64,000 bases of DNA from an uncultured Acidobacteriota bacterium (GTDB lineage: Bacteria; Acidobacteriota; Thermoanaerobaculia; Multivoradales; UBA5704). Position numbers and translations under genes: made by a program. The stretch spans positions 800,001 through 864,000 of the forward strand of contig OY969474.1 in NCBI GenBank assembly GCA_963700145.1. Reading direction: 5' to 3'. The notes below the pieces were generated by a model, which did not search any database, was not told where the DNA came from, and saw nothing but the letters and a program-made list of their open reading frames with translations. Positions 12,001 to 20,723 of this stretch are shown here, piece by piece (within the stretch, counting starts at the first letter, position 1; the number at the start of each line of letters is the position of its first letter).

Positions 12001-12647
12001 GCGTTTGGGATGCCGCGACCGGCGCCACGCTCGCCACACTGAAAGGGCACGCCGCCGGAGTCCGGGCAGTGGCGCGGCTCGACGAGCGGCGGGTGGTCTC
12101 CGCCTCCGAAGACGGCACCCTGCGCGTTTGGGACGCCGCGACCAGCGCCACGCTCGCCACACTGAAAGGGCACGCCGGCGGAGTTCTCGCCGTGGCGCGG
12201 CTCGACGAGCGGCGGGTAGTCTCCACCTCCGAGGACCGCACCCTGCGCGTCTGGGACGTCACGAGCGGCGCTACGCTCGCCACCCTGGAGGGGCATACCG
12301 GCCGGGTCTGGGCCGTGGCACGGCTCGACGAGCGGCGGGTGGTCTCCGCCTCTGCGGACCGTACGCTACGCGTCTGGGACGTGGCGAGCGGCGCCCCGCT
12401 CGCCACCCTGGAGGGGCATACCGGCTGGGTTCGGGCGGTGGTTCGACTCGACGAGTGGCGGGTGATCTCCGTCTCCGAGGATGGCACCCTGCGCGTCTGG
12501 GATGTGGAAACTGGCTCAACCGTGGCGACCTTCACGCTGGATGCACCCGCTATGACCGTGGATGTAGTGCCCGAGCGCAAGCTGGTCGTGGCCGGCGACA
12601 GCTCAGGAAAGCTGCACTACCTGGCGTTCGAGGAGCCGGAGCCGTAG
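9006..12647 (+). CDS. TIR - NB-ARC - APAF-1-like helical - WD40 (NLR/STAND) protein
   Basis: TIR: YDVFLSYA and WQNEEM; NB-ARC: GMGGIGKT, LLVLDDVW, LLTTR, GYLPLAL and LHDL; helical DGYFFQRLLHHL...DFRWLAAKL; 13 near-identical WD40 repeats plus one degenerate repeat. Confidence 0.92.
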   Translation: MRHTKRYDVFLSYASADEPVVAELDRKLQAAGFKPFFAPRSLIPGETWQEKLEAALDESATCAICIGPQGITPWQNEEMRAALATQVRDTAFRVIPVLLPGSDPTTVPTLLERRTWVDLRGGLGNEKEFHRLISGIEGAPWEPASSNARKEAEPRAPSGVRFPPKLPQHYLQRSIYLESLKRGLLAPDSNPLAITGAGMVGLQGMGGIGKTILAAAIAHDPEIKAAFQDRVFWVTVGQQPDLAALLRELAAALGDREVVFTSAFQGKQHVARLAARLRMLLVLDDVWKLGDAEALDVVGPDGRLLLTTRDREILVRLGATEVRVDVLDQEEALSFLAGWAGKNRASLPQIAGKVAKECGYLPLALAMIGAMVRLRPTAWEDALARLQRADLEKIRGQFPDYPYPDLLRALEVSVEALEPWQRDRYLELAVFPEDAAVPEAAVATIWSAAGFPEDDARDLVTTLVARSLATLDATRRLTLHDLQGDYLRKRAGDLRPLHRRLVEAYAARCADGFGSGPDDGYFFQRLLHHLAAAGMTEELEDLLFDFRWLAAKLVATDVNALMADYEHLPDQPAACLVQGALRLAANGLARDPAQLAGQLQGRLAADASHQVAELLTQARQPRACPSLRPLRPTLIAPGGALLRTLQGHTGAIWGVERLDEQRVVSASDDGTLRVWDVASGATLALLEGHTDWVRAVARLDERRVVSASNDRTLRVWDVATGATLAILEGHTGRVRAVARLDERRVVSASDDRTLRVWDAATSATLATLEGHTDGVWAVARLDERRVVSASDDGTLRIWDVATGTTLATLEGHTCGVWAVARLDERRVVSASQDRTLRVWDIGSGATLATLEGHTEGVIAVVRLDEQRVVSGSLDGTLCVWDIATATRLGTLERHTGWFLSLARLDERRVVSGSEDPTLRVWDVANGATLATLEGPNEWVLAVAWLDERRVVSASDALRVCDVASGATLATLKGHAAWVWAVTRLDERRVVSASEDGTLRVWDAATGATLATLKGHAAGVRAVARLDERRVVSASEDGTLRVWDAATSATLATLKGHAGGVLAVARLDERRVVSTSEDRTLRVWDVTSGATLATLEGHTGRVWAVARLDERRVVSASADRTLRVWDVASGAPLATLEGHTGWVRAVVRLDEWRVISVSEDGTLRVWDVETGSTVATFTLDAPAMTVDVVPERKLVVAGDSSGKLHYLAFEEPEP
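10944..12536 (+). repeat. Intragenic tandem repeat, 123-bp unit (41-aa WD40), 13 copies
   Basis: GHTxxVxAVARLDERRVVSASxDxTLRVWD repeated with high DNA identity; unit 8 has a 2-codon deletion. Confidence 0.9.
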
Positions 12648-12658
12648 CAGCCCCCGCC

Positions 12659-12686
12659 CAGATCCTTCGCTGGCGCTCAGGATGAC
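12659..12686 (-). repeat. REP-like hairpin repeat, copy 3 (reverse complement GTCATCCTGAGCGCCAGCGAAGGATCTG)
   Basis: Inverted relative to copy 2; 11 bp after the TIR-NLR stop codon. Confidence 0.85.
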
Positions 12687-12757
12687 GGGCGGGGCTTGAG
12701 CCACGGCCACCTTACTGGCCGAGCGGCCCAGCCACGCCAGGCGCCCCCCAGGACGCC

Positions 12758-13749
12758 CTACCCCTTCGCCGCTTTGATCGCCTCGGTCAGCGCCGGCAGG
12801 ACTTCGTGGAGATCCCCGACGATCCCGTAGTCGGCGACGGTGAAGATGGGGGCGCCGGGGTCCTTGTTGATGGCCACGACCACGCCGGAGGCCTTCATGC
12901 CGACCAGGTGCTGGATGGCGCCGGAGATGCCGGCGGCGATGTAGAGGCGGGGGGCGACGGTCTGGCCGCTGGAGCCGATCTGGCGGTCGCGGGGCAGCCA
13001 GCCGTTGTCGATGACCGGGCGGCTGGCCCCGATCTCCGCGCCCAGCGCCCGCGCCAGCTCCTCGACCGGCTTCATCTTGTCGGCGCCGCCGACGCCGCGG
13101 CCGACGGCGACGATGACGGCGGCCTTCGTCAGGTCCACCTGGTCGCCGCCGACCTCTTCGACGCCGAGGATCTCGCGATCGGGCCGCACGGCCGCGAGGT
13201 CCGTCGCCAGCTCCCCCACCTCCGCCTGCCCGGCGGCGGCGGTGTCGGCCGAGAAGGCGCCGCTCTGCACCGAGACGAAGACCGTCCCCTCGCCTTTGAC
13301 CTTGACGCGCGCCTGCATCTTGCCGCCGAGGATGGGGCGCCGGAAGACCAGCTCGCCCCCTTCCTCCTCGAAGCCGGTCACCTCGGGCACCAGCCCGGCC
13401 CCGACCTCCTGCGCCAGGCGCGGCGCGAAGTCGACCGTCTGGTAGGTGTGCGGGAAGACGACGAAGTCGGGCGCCGCGGCGCGGATCGCCGGCGCCAGCG
13501 CCCCTCGCCAGCCGCCCGGCGTGTAGGCCGCCAGCACCGCGTGGTCGGCGACGTGGACGCGCGCCAGGTCCTTCGCCGCTACTTGCTCGGCGGCGCCGCC
13601 CACCCCGTGCCCGAGCACCACCGCCTCGGCCTTGCCGCCGCCGCCGCCGCCGCGCGCCGCGGCCAGCTTCTGCGCCGCCGCCACCGCCTCCCACGAGCTC
13701 CGCGGCACCTGCCCGTCGCGGAGCTGCAGCACCACCCAGGTCGCGCCCA

Positions 13750-13750
<1 letters not shown>
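12758..13750 (-). CDS. etfA: Electron transfer flavoprotein alpha subunit
   Basis: [34 protein letters not shown] and AINKD motifs. Confidence 0.95.
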
Positions 13751-14544
<794 letters not shown>

Positions 14545-15048
14545 CTAGTGCGTGGTCTTGCCGGCCCCGCCGAGCAGCCGGCGCAGCAGCGGCGTCGCCG
14601 GGTTGAAGGCCCAGAAGCGCTCGGCGAAGCGCAGCGTCGGCACCACGCGGCGGCCGCCGGCGCGGGCCTGGATCAGCTCCTCGGCGCCGCGGTCGCGGTC
14701 GATGTCGATCTCCTCGAAGGGCACCGCGGCCTCCTCCAGCACCCGCCGGGCGCGCCGGCAGTCGGGGCACCACTCGGAGACGTAGAGGGTGAGCGCCCCG
14801 GCCGGCAGGCCCTCCCCGGCCGCCAGGCGGCTCGCCTCCTCGGCCGAGAGGCGCACGCCGAGGACGCGCGGCTTGCCGTCCGGCTCGGAGAGCAGCAGCG
14901 CCGGCAGGTCGTCGCGCGCCACTCCGAGCTCCGCCAGCTCGGCGACCGCCGCCGGGTCGGCGGCCAGGTCGCACGAGTCGGCGCAGCCGCTGGCGCGGCC
15001 GCCGCGCGCCGAGTCGAAGAAGTAGCGGCACTCCAGAGGGAGGCTCAT
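14545..15048 (-). CDS. Glutaredoxin/mycoredoxin-like domain protein with N-terminal extension
   Basis: WCPDC, EEIDID and VVPT motifs; abuts the etfB start. Confidence 0.7.
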   Translation of the reverse strand: MSLPLECRYFFDSARGGRASGCADSCDLAADPAAVAELAELGVARDDLPALLLSEPDGKPRVLGVRLSAEEASRLAAGEGLPAGALTLYVSEWCPDCRRARRVLEEAAVPFEEIDIDRDRGAEELIQARAGGRRVVPTLRFAERFWAFNPATPLLRRLLGGAGKTTH

Positions 15049-15167
15049 GTGCCTGGTTTCGGGGTCCCGCGCGGGCCGGGGCGCCGGCGGGCCGCGAAGA
15101 GTATCACGCCGCCGGCGCGTCGGCGCCCGCGCCGGGCGGCGCCTGCCGCAGCATAGACTTGCGCGCC

Positions 15168-15905
15168 ATGATTGGATCGCTCTTCGCCTTGCAGCAGCAG
15201 CTCCCGGCCGCCGAAGGGCCCACCCTCCTCGACTTCTTCTGGGAGTCGGGCCCGATGGCGAAGGTGGTGCTCGGGGTGCTGGTCCTCTTCTCGCTCGTCT
15301 CCTGGGCGATCATGATCGGCAAGTACGTGCAACTCGGCCGCGCCGACCGCCAGAGCGAGAAGTTCCTCGAGGCCTTCCACCGCAGCAGCCGCTTCAGCGA
15401 GGTCAACGCCGTGGCCTCGAAGCTGAGCGCCTCGCCGCTGGTCGGCATCTTCCAGGCCGGCTACGCCGAGATCGACGGCCAGATCAAGCACGCGCACGAC
15501 CTCGAGCCGGCCAAGGCCGGCGCCGAGCGGCGCTACCGCATGACCTCGCTCGGCGCGCTCGAGCGCAGCCTGGCGCGGGCGATCGGGGTGGAGATGGCCG
15601 GGGTCGGGCGCTGGACGCCGTTCCTCGCCACGACCGCGGCGGCGTCGCCGTTCATCGGGTTGTTCGGCACGGTCTGGGGGATCATGGTGGCCTTCCGCGA
15701 CATCGGGCTGACGGGGTCGACCTCGCTGGTGGCGGTCTCGCCCGGCATCGCCGAGGCGCTGATCAACACGGCCGCCGGGCTCGCCGCCGCGATCCCGGCG
15801 CTCATCGGCTACAACTACTTCGCGGCACGCATCCGCGGGCTGCGGGCGCGGATGGAGGACTTCGTCCAGGAGTTCCTCAACATGGCGGAGCGGAACTTCA
15901 CTTGA
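15168..15905 (+). CDS. tolQ: TolQ/ExbB proton-channel protein
   Basis: SPFIGLFGTVWGIM and PGIAEALINTAAGL motifs; first gene of the tol-pal cluster. Confidence 0.92.
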   Translation: MIGSLFALQQQLPAAEGPTLLDFFWESGPMAKVVLGVLVLFSLVSWAIMIGKYVQLGRADRQSEKFLEAFHRSSRFSEVNAVASKLSASPLVGIFQAGYAEIDGQIKHAHDLEPAKAGAERRYRMTSLGALERSLARAIGVEMAGVGRWTPFLATTAAASPFIGLFGTVWGIMVAFRDIGLTGSTSLVAVSPGIAEALINTAAGLAAAIPALIGYNYFAARIRGLRARMEDFVQEFLNMAERNFT

Positions 15906-15919
15906 TGGGTGGTGGGGGG

Positions 15920-16083
15920 GGCGGGCGTGGGGTGTCCCGGCCAGGGACCGGCGCGCGCGATAGAAGCCTGCACGATCTGAGGCGCGCGCCTGCGCTTGGC
16001 TGCGCGCCGGATCGCGGTGGGCCTGCGGCGTGGGTTGCCGGCGCTTGCCAAGAGCTCCCTGGCCGGGACACCCCACGCCCGCC
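15920..16083. mobile_element. REPIN/MITE-like element with 28-bp perfect terminal inverted repeats
   Basis: 15920-15947 (GGCGGGCGTGGGGTGTCCCGGCCAGGGA) is the exact reverse complement of 16056-16083. Confidence 0.7.
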
Positions 16084-16134
16084 GCGAACCGTGGAAGACG
16101 AAATGCTTTCCACATGTTGCTTTGGGTTGGACTG

Positions 16135-16563
16135 ATGGCTTTCAACCCTGGCGGGGACGCCGACGAGCCGGTTGCCGAGATCAACGTCACGCCGCTGGTG
16201 GACGTGATGCTGGTGCTGCTGATCATCTTCATGATCGCGGCGCCGATGCTGCACCAGGGGATCGAGGTCGCGCTGCCCCGCGCCGACGCCCGCAACCTGC
16301 CGCTGCGGGTCGAGGACCCGCTGGTCATCTCGATCAACCGCGACGGCCTGGTCTACGTGCGCGAGACGCCGGTGCACCCGTCGCAGCTCGTCGAGCGGCT
16401 GCTGCCGATGCTGCAGGCGCGCGGCGACGAGTCGGTGTTCTTGAAGGGGGACCGCGACGTGCCCTACGGCCGCGTCATCGAGGTGCTCGACCTGCTGCAC
16501 AAGGGCGGGATCGAGCGGGTGGGGATGGTCACCGAGAAGCCGCCGGAGGGGCGCGGGCGTTGA
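16135..16563 (+). CDS. tolR: TolR/ExbD protein
   Basis: EINVTPLVDVMLVLLIIFM and KGDRDVPYG motifs. Confidence 0.92.
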   Translation: MAFNPGGDADEPVAEINVTPLVDVMLVLLIIFMIAAPMLHQGIEVALPRADARNLPLRVEDPLVISINRDGLVYVRETPVHPSQLVERLLPMLQARGDESVFLKGDRDVPYGRVIEVLDLLHKGGIERVGMVTEKPPEGRGR

Positions 16564-17369
16564 CGGCGGCGACCACGGCCGTCGACCGCGTCCTGGCGCA
16601 GCGGGCGCGGCGGCAGGGCAGCGCGCCGTGGCTGGCCGCCCTGGCCGCGGCGGCGGGGTTGCACGTCCTGGCGACCGCCCTCTTCCTCTTCCTGCCGCGG
16701 GTCTTCCACCAGCCGGCGGCGCCGCTGGAGTTCGTGCCGGTGACGATCCTGCCGGCCGCGGCGCTCGGCGTCCCCAACCCGCGGCGTGCCGCGCCGCCGC
16801 CCCCGGAGCCGGAGCCGGCCGCCGAGGAGGCCCCCGCCGAGCCGGAGCCGGCGCCGCCGGACGAGGAGCTGCCGGCCCTGCCGGCGCCGGAGCCCGAGGA
16901 GCCGCCGAAGCGCCCGGCTCGCGAGGCGCCGGCGCGGGAGCCGGACGCGGCGCCCCCGGCCCGCCGCCCGCCCGGCGAGCCCGGCCGAGAGGAGGGCAGC
17001 GAGCGCGGCACGGGCGAGAGCGGCGAGCGCCGCGGGTCGCCGGGCGGCAGCCGCTCGGGCACGACCGCCTTCGGCTCGGAGATCGTCGGCGTCGACCCCG
17101 ACTTCACCTACGGCTACTACCTCGACCGTCTGCTCTCGCTCATCGAGGCGCAGTGGCAGCGCCCTTCGGTGGGCGACGGCGTCGAGGCGATGATCGCCTT
17201 CACCATCGAGCGCGACGGCCGGGTGAGCGAGCTCGAGGTCGCCAAGTCCTCGGGGATGAACGCCTTCGACCTCGCCGCCCTGCGCGCGGTGCAGAACGCC
17301 GCGCCCTTCCCGCGTCTCCCGGCGAGCTACCGCAAGAACGCTCTCGGGGTCAATCTGATCGTCCGCTGA
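16560..17369 (+). CDS. tolA: TolA/TonB-family energy transducer
   Basis: N-terminal TM helix with His, Pro/Glu-rich linker, TonB-C domain (SSG..FDLAALRAV); TTG start overlaps the tolR stop. Confidence 0.8.
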   Translation: MTAATTAVDRVLAQRARRQGSAPWLAALAAAAGLHVLATALFLFLPRVFHQPAAPLEFVPVTILPAAALGVPNPRRAAPPPPEPEPAAEEAPAEPEPAPPDEELPALPAPEPEEPPKRPAREAPAREPDAAPPARRPPGEPGREEGSERGTGESGERRGSPGGSRSGTTAFGSEIVGVDPDFTYGYYLDRLLSLIEAQWQRPSVGDGVEAMIAFTIERDGRVSELEVAKSSGMNAFDLAALRAVQNAAPFPRLPASYRKNALGVNLIVR

Positions 17370-17379
17370 CGAGGTGCCG

Positions 17380-18726
17380 ATGACCGTACGACGTCTCTGG
17401 CCGGCCGCTCCCCTGCTCGTCCTCCTCGCCGGCGCGCTGCTGCCGGCGCTCGGCGCCCAGCAGCCGCCGACGACCGCCCCGCCCGAGCCGGACGACCGGG
17501 TCACCATCGTCCTCGACCCCACCCGCCAGCGGCCGCTCATCCGCCTCGCCATCCCCGCCTTCCGCGGCGCGGGCTTGGCCGGCCCCGCCGCGGCGGCGGC
17601 CCGCGAGCTCGAGGCGACCGTCCGCGCCGACCTCGAGGTCTCCGGCTACTTCGCGATCCAGGGCCCGGCGGACTTCCGCGTCCTGCAGCTCAGCGGCGAC
17701 CCGGCGCGCGACGCCGAGCAGTACCGCTCGCTCGGCAACGAGATCCTGCTCCTCGGCGACGTCCGCGCCGAGGGCGAGCGCCTCGTCTTCGAGGGGCGGC
17801 TCTTCGACCTGCAGAGCGGCCAGGGGATCCTCGCCAAGCGCTACCGGGGGAGCTTCGCGGTGGCCCGCCGCATCGGCCACACCTTCGCCGACGAAGTGAT
17901 TCGGTATCTCACCGGCGGCCGCGGCCTGGGCCTCACCTCGATCGCCTTCACCTCCGACCGCACCGGCCACAAGGAGATCTGGGTGATGGACTGGGACGGC
18001 AGCGCGCCGCGGCGGCTCACCGGCCACAAGTCCACCTCCATGTCGCCGGCCTGGGAGGCCAGCGGCGCGGGCCTCGCCTACACCTCCTTCTTCAACGGCC
18101 CGCCCTCGATCTACTACGTCGACCTCGCGACCGGCAGGAAGCGCGGCGTCGTCACCTCCGGCTCGCTCAACATCACTCCCACCTTCTCCCCCGACGGCGG
18201 CCGCCTCGCCTTCGCCCGCTCGCTGGCCGGCAACATCGAGATCTTCACCGCCGCCCGCGACGGCAGCGGTCTGCGCCGGCTCACCCATTCGAATGCCATC
18301 GACACCAACCCCTCCTGGAGCCCGAAGGGCGGGGAGATCGCCTTCACCTCCAGCCGCGGCGGCAACCCGCACCTCTACCTGATGGCGGCCGACGGCTCCG
18401 ACCACCGCCGCCTCACCTTCGACGGCGACTACAACGACGGCGCCGCCTGGAGCCCCGACGGCGACCGTATCGCCTACACCTCCCGCCGCGGCGGCCGCTT
18501 CCAGATCGCCGTCCTCGACGTGGCGACCCTGGAGAGCCGCCTGCTGACCTCCGGGCCGGGGGAGAACGAGTCCCCGACCTTCTCCCCCGACGGGCGGAAG
18601 ATCGCTTTCACCTCCCGCCGCAGCGGCCGCAAGCAGATCTACGTCATGGACGCCGCCTCCGGCGGCAACGTCCGCCAGCTCACCCGCGAGGGCAACAACG
18701 ACATGGCGGAGTGGTCGCGGCAGTGA
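17380..18726 (+). CDS. tolB: Tol-Pal beta-propeller protein TolB
   Basis: Signal peptide; PD40 repeats (PTFSPDG, PSWSPKG, WSPDG); synteny. Confidence 0.92.
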   Translation: MTVRRLWPAAPLLVLLAGALLPALGAQQPPTTAPPEPDDRVTIVLDPTRQRPLIRLAIPAFRGAGLAGPAAAAARELEATVRADLEVSGYFAIQGPADFRVLQLSGDPARDAEQYRSLGNEILLLGDVRAEGERLVFEGRLFDLQSGQGILAKRYRGSFAVARRIGHTFADEVIRYLTGGRGLGLTSIAFTSDRTGHKEIWVMDWDGSAPRRLTGHKSTSMSPAWEASGAGLAYTSFFNGPPSIYYVDLATGRKRGVVTSGSLNITPTFSPDGGRLAFARSLAGNIEIFTAARDGSGLRRLTHSNAIDTNPSWSPKGGEIAFTSSRGGNPHLYLMAADGSDHRRLTFDGDYNDGAAWSPDGDRIAYTSRRGGRFQIAVLDVATLESRLLTSGPGENESPTFSPDGRKIAFTSRRSGRKQIYVMDAASGGNVRQLTREGNNDMAEWSRQ

Positions 18727-18809
18727 CGCTTCTGCTAGATTGGCCGCCAGGCCCCGCGCGGCCGGCAGGAGAGCAGTGAACGGAAGCCCTTGACCGAGGA
18801 GAGACCCCG

Positions 18810-19400
18810 ATGAACCGCAAGCTGCTGGTGTGGACCGTGGCGCCGCTGCTGCTGCTGGTGCTCTACGGCTGCCCCAAGAAGAAGCCCCAGACCACCGACG
18901 CGACGCTCGACGTCGAGACCGAGACCGTCGCCCCCACCACCGACGCCACGACCGAGATCGAGGAGCCGGCGCCGCCGGTCGCCGACGAGACCGAGGAGGA
19001 CCCCCTGGCCGCCGGCGACCTGCGCACCGTCAACGACGAGCTGCGCCGCCGCGGCTTCTCGGCCGACGTCTACTTCAACTACGACGAGGCGACGCTCTCC
19101 GACGAGGCGCGCGAGAAGCTGGCGCGCAACGCCGAGCTGCTGCGCGGCCAGCCGCAGTTCACCCTGACCATCGAGGGGCACGCCGACGAGCGCGGCACCA
19201 ACGAGTACAACCTGGCGCTCGGCGAGCGGCGGGCCTACGCGGCGCGCGACTACCTGGCCTCGCTCGGCGTCTCCGGCGACCGCATGCGCACCATCAGCTA
19301 CGGCGAGGAGCGCCCGGCCTGCACCGAGAGCGACGAGAGCTGCTGGTCACAGAACCGCCGCGCCCATATGGTGATCACCGGCCGCTCCAACGTCGGCTGA
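18810..19400 (+). CDS. pal: Peptidoglycan-associated lipoprotein
   Basis: Lipobox LYGC; EGHADERGTNEYNLALGERRA, SYGEE and NRRA motifs. Confidence 0.95.
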   Translation: MNRKLLVWTVAPLLLLVLYGCPKKKPQTTDATLDVETETVAPTTDATTEIEEPAPPVADETEEDPLAAGDLRTVNDELRRRGFSADVYFNYDEATLSDEAREKLARNAELLRGQPQFTLTIEGHADERGTNEYNLALGERRAYAARDYLASLGVSGDRMRTISYGEERPACTESDESCWSQNRRAHMVITGRSNVG

Positions 19401-19411
19401 GGGGGTCCGTC

Positions 19412-20227
19412 ATGAAGCACCGCGCGCGCGCCCTTCCCGGCCTGCTGGCGGCGGCCCTCGCCGCCGCCGGCTGCGTCAGCCCCCGGGACATCGAGGACCT
19501 CGGCGCCCGCATCGGCGAGGTGCAGAGCCAGCTCCTCCAGATGCAGCGCCAGGCACCGAGCAAGCAGGAGGTCGCCGACTTCGAGGCGGAGGTCGGCGTG
19601 CAGATGGCGAACCTGCTCAAGTCGGAGGCCGACATGCAGGTCAAGCTCTCCGAGCTGGGGAGCCAGATCGAGGAGCTCCAGGCCAAGCTCGAGGACACCA
19701 ACCACCGCCTGGCGCAGCTCTCGCAGCAGATCGCGGCGACCAACCAGGAGCTCAGGAACGTGCGCAGCGCGCCGCCGCCGGCGGCGGTGCCCGAGGGGGA
19801 GGAGGGCGCCGCGCCGCCGCCGACCCCGCCGGTCGGCGCCGGCGATCCGCGGGCGCTCTACAACGCCGCCTACAACGACTACCTGAAGGGCAACTACGAG
19901 CTGGCGGCGCGCGAGTTCGAGGAGTACCTGGCGAACTTCCCGGAGACCGACCTGGCGGACAACGCCATCTACTGGCTGGGCGAGATCCAGTACCGGCAGA
20001 AGAACTACCGCCAGGCGATCGACCGCTTCGACGAGGTGATGCGGCGCTACCCGCGCAGCGACAAGGTCGCCAGCGCCCTGCTCAAGAAGGGCTACTCCCA
20101 TCTCGAGCTCGGCGAGCGCACCAACGGGGTGTCGCGCCTGCGCGAGGTGGTGCGCCAGTACCCGTCGAGCGACGAGGCCAACCTCGCCCGCCAGCGCCTG
20201 CGCGAGCTGGGCGTGGACACCGGGTAG
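19412..20227 (+). CDS. cpoB: Cell-division coordinator CpoB/YbgF (TPR lipoprotein)
   Basis: Lipobox AAGC, coiled coil, TPRs (LADNAIYWLGE, ALLKKG); follows pal. Confidence 0.88.
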   Translation: MKHRARALPGLLAAALAAAGCVSPRDIEDLGARIGEVQSQLLQMQRQAPSKQEVADFEAEVGVQMANLLKSEADMQVKLSELGSQIEELQAKLEDTNHRLAQLSQQIAATNQELRNVRSAPPPAAVPEGEEGAAPPPTPPVGAGDPRALYNAAYNDYLKGNYELAAREFEEYLANFPETDLADNAIYWLGEIQYRQKNYRQAIDRFDEVMRRYPRSDKVASALLKKGYSHLELGERTNGVSRLREVVRQYPSSDEANLARQRLRELGVDTG

Positions 20228-20229
20228 TC

Positions 20230-20259
20230 TTGACCGCGCCTAACTCACCGTGTTATAAA
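20230..20259 (+). promoter_or_regulatory. Sigma70-like promoter of rpsT
   Basis: TTGACC at 20230-20235, 17-18 bp spacer, then TG-TTATAAA. Confidence 0.6.
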
Positions 20260-20316
20260 GCCTTCCGCGTCGCACCGGCAGACGGTGCGGCGTTTCGTTT
20301 GTAAGGGCAAGAACCC

Positions 20317-20583
20317 ATGGCCAACACCGAGTCCGCCGAGAAGCGCCACCGCCAGAACGCGCAGGCCCGCGCCCGCAACAAGAGCCACCGCTCGCGCATG
20401 CGCACCGCGGTCAAGCAGCTCAACGCCGCCGTCGAGACCGGCGACGCCAAGGCCGCCAAGGAGATGCTCCCGGGCATCCTCGGCCTGATCGACGCCACCG
20501 CCCAGAAGCGGGTCATCCACACCAACACCGCCTCCCGCACCAAGTCCCGCCTCGCCAAGCGCGTGGCGCGCCTCGAAGGCTAG
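20317..20583 (+). CDS. rpsT: 30S ribosomal protein S20
   Basis: MANTESAEKRHRQ...SRMRTAVK...IHTNTASRTKSRL. Confidence 0.95.
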   Translation: MANTESAEKRHRQNAQARARNKSHRSRMRTAVKQLNAAVETGDAKAAKEMLPGILGLIDATAQKRVIHTNTASRTKSRLAKRVARLEG

Positions 20584-20723
20584 GCCCCTCCTCCCCCTCG
20601 CCGTTCCGCGCCGGCACCCCGGCGCCGGGGCGGGTGTGTCCCGTTCCCCCCGCCGGCCCTCACCTTTGGGTGTAGCAACTCGTCTATCAATCCGTTGTCC
20701 TGACGTCCGAGAGGAGGGCTTCG

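Noticed and set aside
10944-12536. Diversity-generating retroelement as the source of WD40 variation
   Set aside because: No reverse transcriptase or separate template repeat in the window; repeat recombination is a sufficient explanation
10862-12580. 572-aa antisense ORF and other frames over the WD40 repeats
   Set aside because: Shadow ORFs created by a GC-rich 123-bp tandem repeat
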